Shown here in pieces: positions 26,744 to 33,301 of a stretch of DNA of 33,301 nt. The stretch's first letter is position 1. Every line of letters starts with the position of its first letter. Position numbers and translations under genes: made by a program. Source of the stretch: ANME-2 cluster archaeon (GTDB lineage: Archaea; Halobacteriota; Methanosarcinia; Methanosarcinales; Methanocomedenaceae); NCBI GenBank assembly GCA_022353185.1, contig JAKRWB010000072.1, positions 1 to 33,301 on the forward strand. The letters are read 5' to 3'. The notes beneath the pieces are model-generated. The model was not told where the DNA came from. It did not search any database and worked only from the letters and a program-made list of their open reading frames with translations.

Positions 26744-27613
26744 TTAAATAAGGGGTCTTGGTTGTTTGTCCTCTGGCAGTACTGGTAGTTTCATAGTATT
26801 GATGAGCACCGGGTCTGTGACCTCTTTTGCCCGCTCCAGCAGCATCTCCTTGCCTCGCTGGGTGATGGCGAAAATGGGTATAGCAGTGCCGAACTGTGCC
26901 AGAACATTCCCTTTTATGTGTTCCCTTATGGAACCTGAACTGCAACCTGTGGTTATATCCACCAGGCTGATCAACTCCTGCGCTTCCTCGTGGCCCATAC
27001 CGGTAACATGAACGCCAAAGGTGACAATCTCCACACCATGCTCTTTCTCAAGCTGGCGCATTTTCCTGACATCTGATGCACATACGACTGAAACGCCTAT
27101 TCGCTTATGCCCCATATCGATGGCCTTCTCCACGCCTGCAACCTGGTCCAGTGCAGCTGTCTCAGGGTCAAGCAAGGTCCCACCTGCCTTTTTTATACGG
27201 CTAATTAGTTCTGGAATAGGCGTGGTCTCAACCAGTCCGGATATCCTGCTGCCTATGCCCTGGGCCAGGGTGGGACTGCTTGTGATAACAGTACCCGCAC
27301 CTTCGCAGGCAGTTACACAGGCATCCAGTAATCCCCTGTGCAGGGCGGTCATGAAGGTCTCACTGGCCCCGAAACCCACGAAAATCTCCATCTCTATCTC
27401 CCGCAGGGCAGTGAACATACCAAAATCATCTATACGGAACTCGATGTTGCCTTTCACGGATTCGGAAGTAAATTGTGTGATGTTCCTGACCTTGGCAAAG
27501 ATGGGGCAATAGTTGGTCTGGGGTAGGCCAACTTCCACGACTTTGCCGTCCTCGATTACAACCCTGGTCTTGCCCAGGGCTTCCATAACATGTCTGTCTT
27601 TTCTGGGGGGCAT
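26744..27613 (-). CDS. methanogenesis marker protein 8-like (DUF2099)
   Basis: 'HVMEALGKTRVVIEDGKVVEVG...YCPIFAK...NIEFRIDDFGMFT...ACEGAGTVIT' matches my recollection of this family. Not verified by search. Confidence 0.55.
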   Translation of the reverse strand: MPPRKDRHVMEALGKTRVVIEDGKVVEVGLPQTNYCPIFAKVRNITQFTSESVKGNIEFRIDDFGMFTALREIEMEIFVGFGASETFMTALHRGLLDACVTACEGAGTVITSSPTLAQGIGSRISGLVETTPIPELISRIKKAGGTLLDPETAALDQVAGVEKAIDMGHKRIGVSVVCASDVRKMRQLEKEHGVEIVTFGVHVTGMGHEEAQELISLVDITTGCSSGSIREHIKGNVLAQFGTAIPIFAITQRGKEMLLERAKEVTDPVLINTMKLPVLPEDKQPRPLI

Positions 27614-27634
27614 AATTCAACTTCCTGAATAGTA

Positions 27635-28537
27635 TTAATGTTCAACTCCATGAATAAGGGGTCTACCGCATTCAATGCTTTCGAACTGGAATGTGGTCTG
27701 GGTTATGCTAAACTTCTCTTCCAGCACCTTGTTGATGGCATCAATTAAATCGGCAGTTTCACTTACCTGCATATCGCCCACCAGGACATGGGCGCTTAAG
27801 GCATGTACATTGGAACATACGCTCCACAGGTGGATATCGTGAATATCCTCTATGTCCTCAATGGCATTCACTGCCTCGACCAGTTCATTGATGTCAATGT
27901 GCTTTGGTGCGGATTCCATTAGGATGTGGACCGAATCGGTTATGAGCCTGACAGAACCGAACAGTATGACGGCCACAATTACAAAACTCAGCACCGGGTC
28001 GGCAATTGAATTGCCAGTGAATAGGATGATAAGGGCACCTGCAATGACAGCTACGCTGCTCAGGGTGTCGCCCAGGGCATGCAGGTAGGCCCCCCTGACA
28101 TTCAGGTCATGGTGCCCGTGAAGCCGTGTGATCACCCACAGGTTGACCAGCAGACCAATGGCAGCTACTATTAGCATCTCCATCCCCCGGACCTCAGGCG
28201 GTTCCAGCAAGCGGAAGTACGCCTCCCTGGCGATGAATACCGAGATGATAATTAATGTGACCCCATTGATAAGCGCGGAAAATATCTCGAGCCTGTGGTA
28301 ACCGAAGGTCACATTGTGGTTGGACGGCCTCTTTGCAATCTGGATGGCGGCATAGGTAAGGACCAGTGCGAACACGTCCATGAACATGTGGGCTGCGTCA
28401 CTGAGCAAAGCAAGGCTGTTGGTGTATAACCCGCCCGCAACCTCCAGGATGAAGATAGAGAAGGTGGCATAGATAGCATACTTTAGATTTCTCTCTGTCA
28501 TGTTTGAGCTGTAGTTATGGTCGACATGCCCGCTCAT
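27635..28537 (-). CDS. cation diffusion facilitator (CzcD/ZitB-like) metal efflux transporter
   Basis: 'LEVAGGLYTNSLALLSDAAHMFMDV', 'FGYHRLEIFSALINGV', 'HALGDTLSSVAVI', and cytoplasmic domain 'IHDIHLWS'. Start is ATG 28537 (MSGHVDHNYSSN...) or ATG 28501 (MTERN...). The 534-aa track ORF is an artefactual upstream extension. Confidence 0.85.
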   Translation of the reverse strand: MSGHVDHNYSSNMTERNLKYAIYATFSIFILEVAGGLYTNSLALLSDAAHMFMDVFALVLTYAAIQIAKRPSNHNVTFGYHRLEIFSALINGVTLIIISVFIAREAYFRLLEPPEVRGMEMLIVAAIGLLVNLWVITRLHGHHDLNVRGAYLHALGDTLSSVAVIAGALIILFTGNSIADPVLSFVIVAVILFGSVRLITDSVHILMESAPKHIDINELVEAVNAIEDIEDIHDIHLWSVCSNVHALSAHVLVGDMQVSETADLIDAINKVLEEKFSITQTTFQFESIECGRPLIHGVEH

Positions 28538-28609
28538 AATCCAATATATAATAATATTCGGTAATACCCATTTCCTAAGTTTTATATCGAAAAAGCGCGG
28601 TCTTTCATA
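28538..28609. promoter_or_regulatory. 72-bp divergent promoter region (CDF transporter / beta-RFAP synthase-like gene)
   Basis: AT-rich with TATA-like boxes. 'ttttatat' (28579-28586) lies ~27-30 nt upstream of GTG 28610 / ATG 28613 and suggests a leaderless plus-strand mRNA. 'tatattattatat'-type elements serve the minus-strand gene. Confidence 0.35.
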
Positions 28610-29563
28610 GTGATGATACAGATAAACACCCCATCCCGGCTGCATTTCACTCTTATCGACCTGAATGCGGAATTGGGAAGAGTGGACGGTGGTGTGGGGT
28701 TGACGCTGGACGACCCGTCTATGAGGTTGTCGGCCAGGGAGACAAACGAAGGTGTGTTCGTAACCGGCAGCGGTGACCTTGAGCGTATTAAATCCGCAGT
28801 CAAACTCCTGATTCCTGAAGGTGAGGGTATCCTTATAAAAGTGGAACAACCATACCCAGCCCATGTGGGGTTGGGCAGCGGGACACAGAGTGCACTGGCT
28901 GCGGGCTGGGCTGTCAACCTTACGTTCGGGTTGGGCCTGAGCGTGCGTGATGTGGCCGCTAAGGTCGGCAGGGGTGGGACATCTGGTATCGGAGTAGAGG
29001 CTTTCGAGCACGGCGGTTTCATTGTGGATGGCGGACACCGTTTTGCGGATAAGGGTACATTCTCTCCCTCGGCTGCCAGTAAGGTGCCGCCCGGGCCCGT
29101 GCTGTTCCGGCACGATTTCCCTGACTGGCCACTGGTTGTGGCTATACCTGACCTGAAAGGGGCTTCGTCCCAGCGCGAGATTGATATTTTCAAGCAATAC
29201 TGCCCTATACCCCTTGGTGAAGTGCAGGCAGTGTCCCATATAATATTGATGAAGATGCTGCCCGCCATTATCGAATCTGACATGCAGGGTTTTGGGGATG
29301 CAATAAACCGTATCCAGGAGGTGGGGTTCAAGGAGCGGGAGGTGGGCCTGCAGACTGATGAGGTCAGGCGCTGTATGGATATTATGAAAGAGCAGGGTGC
29401 ATATGGAGCAGGCATGAGTTCGTTCGGGCCGGCGGTTTATGCTGTGGCTGAGGACCCGGGGGAAGTGAAGAAAGCCGTGGCCGAATTCCTTGATTCAACT
29501 ATTGGGGGGCAGGTTTTTGTTACCGGGGCAAGGAATACAGGGGCAGAAATAACGGTTAAGTAA
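28610..29563 (+). CDS. beta-ribofuranosylaminobenzene 5'-phosphate synthase-like (GHMP-kinase fold, methanopterin biosynthesis)
   Basis: 'INTPSRLHFTLIDLNAELGRVDGGVGLTLDDP' and 'HVGLGSGTQSALAAG...GRGGTSGIG...GGFIVDGG' match my recollection of the beta-RFAP synthase family. Confidence 0.65.
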   Translation: MMIQINTPSRLHFTLIDLNAELGRVDGGVGLTLDDPSMRLSARETNEGVFVTGSGDLERIKSAVKLLIPEGEGILIKVEQPYPAHVGLGSGTQSALAAGWAVNLTFGLGLSVRDVAAKVGRGGTSGIGVEAFEHGGFIVDGGHRFADKGTFSPSAASKVPPGPVLFRHDFPDWPLVVAIPDLKGASSQREIDIFKQYCPIPLGEVQAVSHIILMKMLPAIIESDMQGFGDAINRIQEVGFKEREVGLQTDEVRRCMDIMKEQGAYGAGMSSFGPAVYAVAEDPGEVKKAVAEFLDSTIGGQVFVTGARNTGAEITVK

Positions 29564-29734
29564 GGGGGGGCTTCTGCCAACAATTAGAATAAATACACAA
29601 TGACAGTATAAATTATATACTTTACACACGATTATTATAATTGTGAGTAAAATTATACCGTTCGTAAACAGAAAAAGAGAACTATCCTCCCTAAATAATA
29701 TTTTTAATTCTGACCAGGCTGAATTAATATTAGG

Positions 29735-30349
29735 TTATTCCATTACAGGTTCTGCAAAGACCACAGTACCTGATATGCGCTTTACCTTGGCCTTGACAAT
29801 TTCCTGTTTGGTTGCGCCGGTAATATACACAATATACTTGTCCACTTTAGCAATACCGTCGCCCTTAGAACCCACGCTCTCGATTTTGAATTCGTAGACC
29901 TCGCCCTCTTCCAGCGCATCTCTCTTCTTCTCCATCGTAGCTTTTCTCTTCCTGACCGGTCGGTGAGCGCCACACGCATCGCACTTTAGCATCATTACAC
30001 GGTCAGACTTTACCAGTTTAGTATCAGGGCGGCCACATTCAGAGCATTTCACATATTCATCAACATAGGATTCGACCTGCTCAGCAATAGCCTCAACACT
30101 GAACTTGCCCTGGAAAACAGCATGTTGGCCGTTAATCTTGCCAGCAGTTCCTAATTCCCTGGTCAGGGACTTCATCAGGTGGTCAGGGTCTCTATTCAGC
30201 ACATCCGCTATCTGACTGAAGTTCTCAAGAACAGTAGCTTTCCCTTCCGAGAACGTCTTTGGCTCCGGTATTACGAACCTCTCATCAGTAGTCTTTATAT
30301 CGGGCATCAATTTATACGCCCGATCCAGATATGCTTCGTATTCACCCAT
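29735..30349 (-). CDS. eif2b: translation initiation factor aIF2 beta subunit with C-terminal TRAM domain
   Basis: '[13 protein letters not shown]...FVIPEP...GKATVLENF...LTRELGTAG' and zinc ribbon '[11 protein letters not shown]...CDACG'. An extra ~60 aa, '[53 protein letters not shown]', is TRAM-like. Confidence 0.85.
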   Translation of the reverse strand: MGEYEAYLDRAYKLMPDIKTTDERFVIPEPKTFSEGKATVLENFSQIADVLNRDPDHLMKSLTRELGTAGKINGQHAVFQGKFSVEAIAEQVESYVDEYVKCSECGRPDTKLVKSDRVMMLKCDACGAHRPVRKRKATMEKKRDALEEGEVYEFKIESVGSKGDGIAKVDKYIVYITGATKQEIVKAKVKRISGTVVFAEPVME

Positions 30350-30383
30350 TATTTCACATCAATATGTATTACACAAACTTTTA

Positions 30384-30908
30384 TTAATGGATCAGTTTCT
30401 GCCCCTCATCCACCACAATCTTTACCGGGGTTGAGAGTTTCATTCCGCACCGCCTGAGTGCATCTTTAGCGGTCAGGAACCCTTCCTGATTGGTTGAGAT
30501 AGTAAAAATCTTCTGGCCTTTTCTGACCTTTGCCGAAACGCCTACAGGTTTACCAAAAGCCTGGCGCATACCCTGGCTGACCCTGTCAGCACCCGCACCA
30601 GTAGCCTGTTTATTCTCCCTTATGACTTGGAATGGATGTACTCTGAGCTTTATGTGGAAGTTCTGAACCCCCACCATCTTGACCAGAAGCCGGTTAGCAG
30701 TAATCCTGCCCGCTTCCAGTGCACCGTCACGAATCTGGCAAGATTCGTCAGCTACCAATGATAACTTTATAGGGAACTCTGCCTTAAGATTCCCCATATC
30801 ATAATGGACTATTTTATTCCCTGGCACACCACCCATATATTTCCTTTTGGTGTATGATCTTCTGCTGTTATAATTACGAAATGTCTTTGCTGGTCTTTTT
30901 CCTGCCAT
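30384..30908 (-). CDS. rpl10e: 50S ribosomal protein uL16 (L10e)
   Basis: '[25 protein letters not shown]...[10 protein letters not shown]...[13 protein letters not shown]'. ATG 30908; the track ORF start at 30953 is an upstream extension. Confidence 0.9.
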   Translation of the reverse strand: MAGKRPAKTFRNYNSRRSYTKRKYMGGVPGNKIVHYDMGNLKAEFPIKLSLVADESCQIRDGALEAGRITANRLLVKMVGVQNFHIKLRVHPFQVIRENKQATGAGADRVSQGMRQAFGKPVGVSAKVRKGQKIFTISTNQEGFLTAKDALRRCGMKLSTPVKIVVDEGQKLIH

Positions 30909-31164
30909 AATGAATGTCCTCCGAATTAAATCTAAGAGTATGAAATTTAACAATAATATGCGGTTTCCCTTAATAACCTGACGGCTTATAAGCTTTTGGA
31001 GACGTGCAATATTATTATGTTTATGTCGTCAATAGGGCATCTGTAACCCATCTTTGAGAACTCATTTTTTGAGAGAAATTTACTCAAATATGGGTTAGGA
31101 AAAAAAGCCCGCCTTAACGATCCAGGATGAGTCTTTCCCATGCACAACCAGACATTAAAAAGCA

Positions 31165-31419
31165 CTATCGATCATAATGATGGTAAAAACCAATCGCCAC
31201 AGCCAATGTGATTAAAGTAATGGAATTAGCTGCTATAATGATATTATCCTTAAGATGGAGTCCATAAAGAGCCCACAGAATTACCCCTGCGCTAAACTGG
31301 TATAAAGTGACAATACTAACGTCCTTTGCAGACCGTGTATTTTTCATTTTAAGTATCTGAGGAACAAATCCGAATGTGGTTAGCAAAGCGGCCAGAATCC
31401 CTATTATATACCATTCCAT
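31165..31419 (-). CDS. SemiSWEET / PQ-loop family small transporter
   Basis: Three predicted TM helices and the 'FGFVPQILKMKNTRSAKDVS' PQ motif. ATG 31419 has a TATA-like 'aaatatataa' ~25 nt upstream on the minus strand, so it may be leaderless. The track start 31437 is TTG. Confidence 0.7.
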   Translation of the reverse strand: MEWYIIGILAALLTTFGFVPQILKMKNTRSAKDVSIVTLYQFSAGVILWALYGLHLKDNIIIAANSITLITLAVAIGFYHHYDR

Positions 31420-31537
31420 ATAGAGATTAATGTTCAATTATATATTTGAGACTATCTTCCTTTTTACCAATCCTGGCCATGTTCCCGGACAAAAGAGAAG
31501 AAGGGAAAAGTACATTCCTGAAAATCTGCACCCGACA

Positions 31538-32449
31538 TCACAAGTTTGGGAAGCCCCTGTGCAATCCCAACCCCCGGGCCATATCCAGCACAACATTATA
31601 CTCTTCCACAAAGGGAGGACGGCTTATCTCCTTAAACTCAAAAGCTTCATAACTGGGCCTGTACTGGAACATGATGTTCACATAACTATCCTTTGATATC
31701 TCACTGGCAATGAACTCCAACACTTTCAGACTACCTGCCTGTTCGTTAGGCAGCAAAAGATGGCGTATCAACAGCCCATGCCAGGCAATGTCCTTCTCTA
31801 TCACAAGGTCCCCCACCTGGGCGTGCATCTCACGCACAGCATCCCTGGATACCTCAACATAATCAGGAGCATCACTGTACAGTTTTGCACTCTCTTCATC
31901 GCCGTATTTCATATCAGGCATATATATGTCAATAATACCATCCAGCAGCTTTAGAGTCTCCAAACTCTCGTAACCGCTGCAGTTATACACCACAGGTAGT
32001 CTCAAACCCTTACGGGCAGCAATAGCAATACTCCTGACAAGCTGAGGAGTATAATGAGTAGGTGTGACCAGATTGATGTTGTGGCACCCTATACGCTGGA
32101 GATATAACATACTATCTGCAAGTTGCTCCGGTGTCATGGACACGCCTTCACCCCCGTGACTTATCTCACTGTTCTGGCAGTACACGCACCTCAGGTTGCA
32201 GTTACTCAAAAAAACAGTGCCTGAACCCCCAAGACCTACCAGAGGTGCCTCCTCCCAGAAATGAGGCTGGGCTGAGGACACAACAAGATTGGCATCTGCC
32301 TTACAGTATCCCATCTCACCCTGCAACCGGTTCACGCCGCACTTCCTGGGGCAGATTTCACATTGCTCAAGTGAGGCATATAATTTTTCAATACGGTCGT
32401 CAATTTCCCCGCTATCAACCAGGGCCATATAGGAAGGTTCAAAGTCCAT
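31538..32449 (-). CDS. radical SAM protein, PflX-like (pyruvate formate-lyase activase homologue)
   Basis: 'CEICPRKCGVNRLQGEMGYC' N-terminal Cys cluster and radical SAM motif 'CNLRCVYC' (Cx3Cx2C). Confidence 0.8.
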   Translation of the reverse strand: MDFEPSYMALVDSGEIDDRIEKLYASLEQCEICPRKCGVNRLQGEMGYCKADANLVVSSAQPHFWEEAPLVGLGGSGTVFLSNCNLRCVYCQNSEISHGGEGVSMTPEQLADSMLYLQRIGCHNINLVTPTHYTPQLVRSIAIAARKGLRLPVVYNCSGYESLETLKLLDGIIDIYMPDMKYGDEESAKLYSDAPDYVEVSRDAVREMHAQVGDLVIEKDIAWHGLLIRHLLLPNEQAGSLKVLEFIASEISKDSYVNIMFQYRPSYEAFEFKEISRPPFVEEYNVVLDMARGLGLHRGFPNL

Positions 32450-32483
32450 GCTTACCCATTACTCCATACTCTTTGTTTCCGGA

Positions 32484-33173
32484 TCACCTTCGCAGGATCA
32501 TGGTCCTGAGACGGTCTGCTGCCGTACCTGCACTATCTGCAATATTACCCATATCCCGTACCAGGTTTATCATGTAGAACACGCCCGTCCCACCCAGTTC
32601 AGTTTCATACTTAAAGATAGTGTGCTGGAGTTGTCTCTTGGTGATGTCTGCCTCATGCTCCAGTTCTTCCACCAACGGGACTTTTTTCAATATCTGTTTT
32701 ATCTCCTTCTTGCTGAAGGATGTTTCCAGCAGTTTGGCAATATCATCAACCATATTCTCATAAGCATCAACAGTTTTAACTATCCTTTCCATCAATTCCA
32801 GCAGTCCTTGGTTTAACTCCAACGGGAGTTCAGTCTCCCTCATGGTCAGCCAGTGTGCCGTATGATGAGCATTATCGGCTATTGAATCCTGGGGTTTTAA
32901 GAAAGAGAGCAGGTCATTGGGGTCCACTGGCAGCATCATCGAACTGGGTATCAATTTGCGTATTGTCTGTTTGATAATATCAGCTTCATACTCTATAGCT
33001 GAAATCTCTGTGTTCAATGTTTGCACTGCTAAAAAATCCCCTGTACAATACGCATCAACAGACTCTTTGAGTTTATGAACTGCCTGTACACCTTTTTCCG
33101 CATGGCTATGGACGGGTTTGAACGGGGATTCCCCGAAAATCCCGAGCACTGACCTGATATATTCGATAGGCAT
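32484..33173 (-). CDS. DUF47 (PhoU-like, TIGR00153-type) protein
   Basis: 'LGIFGESPFKPVHSHAEK...EISAIEYEADIIK...ELEHEADITKRQL' matches the DUF47 pattern. ATG 33173 lies 10 nt after GGAGGT. The track start 33248 lies inside the upstream gene. Confidence 0.75.
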   Translation of the reverse strand: MPIEYIRSVLGIFGESPFKPVHSHAEKGVQAVHKLKESVDAYCTGDFLAVQTLNTEISAIEYEADIIKQTIRKLIPSSMMLPVDPNDLLSFLKPQDSIADNAHHTAHWLTMRETELPLELNQGLLELMERIVKTVDAYENMVDDIAKLLETSFSKKEIKQILKKVPLVEELEHEADITKRQLQHTIFKYETELGGTGVFYMINLVRDMGNIADSAGTAADRLRTMILRR

Positions 33174-33301
33174 TAAAATAGTACCTCCATCAAAACGGCA
33201 AATATTATTCCTGACGTCAGGGCAGCCACCGGAACCGTGATTACCCATGATATGAATATTTTCCTGATAACACTTAAATCAACCGCCGCAAGACCTCCTG
33301 C
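33173..33301 (-). CDS. inorganic phosphate transporter (PiT family), C-terminal 42 codons (5' end outside window)
   Basis: The minus-strand frame is open from 33301: 'AGGLAAVDLSVIRKIFISWVITVPVAALTSGIIFAVLMEVLF*'. 'SWV(I/L)T(V/L)P' is the usual PiT C-terminal motif. TAA (33175-33173) overlaps the DUF47 ATG by 1 nt. Confidence 0.45.
   Translation of the reverse strand, partial: AGGLAAVDLSVIRKIFISWVITVPVAALTSGIIFAVLMEVLF

Noticed and set aside
28538-29415. N-terminal half of the 534-aa minus-strand ORF (27635-29239) and the 277-aa ORF 28582-29415
   Set aside because: Both lie antisense to the well-supported beta-RFAP-synthase-like gene and are Pro/Arg/Ser/Thr-rich nonsense. CDF transporter homology begins only at ATG 28537/28501, after an AT-rich promoter-like gap.
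29643-29897. 84-aa plus-strand ORF at the RFAP-synthase / aIF2-beta spacer
   Set aside because: Most of it is antisense to the aIF2-beta TRAM domain. It has a non-ATG track start and no motif.
32131-32816. Plus-strand ORFs 32131-32577 and 32448-32816
   Set aside because: They lie antisense to the radical SAM and DUF47 genes, both of which carry diagnostic motifs, and their translations are compositionally odd.

Overview
This looks like an archaeal chromosomal segment, probably from a Methanosarcinales/ANME-2-like organism. That assignment is an inference from several features: a methanogenesis-marker-8-like gene, a beta-RFAP (methanopterin) synthase-like gene, a duplicated-domain EndA, the porGDAB operon, and an 11-heme c-type cytochrome with a PGF-CTERM tail. 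Most of the window is housekeeping: an XPB helicase 3' end, purH, a membrane FKBP, smc, aspS, asd, two small ferredoxins the ORF track missed, endA, moaB, porGDAB, a CDF transporter, aIF2-beta, uL16, a SemiSWEET, a PflX-like radical SAM protein, and DUF47 with a Pit 3' end. I recognised no rRNA, tRNA or CRISPR array. Two patches look accessory. The first (about 625-3825) holds a pRiA4b-ORF3-like gene, a DUF4143-type ATPase, a possible gene remnant and a small orphan ORF. The second (about 12100-16400, between aspS and asd) is a markedly AT-rich island. It holds a class-II Fic protein, a pair of about 144-nt diverged direct repeats, and a translationally coupled three-gene cassette: a 414-aa protein of unknown family, a Panacea/wHTH-like protein and a PIN nuclease. 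That cassette is my best candidate for an undescribed toxin-antitoxin or defence-type system. The cytochrome b plus PGF-CTERM 11-heme cytochrome pair (20872-22799) is the second most interesting locus. All family calls come from reading motifs by eye; no database search was run.
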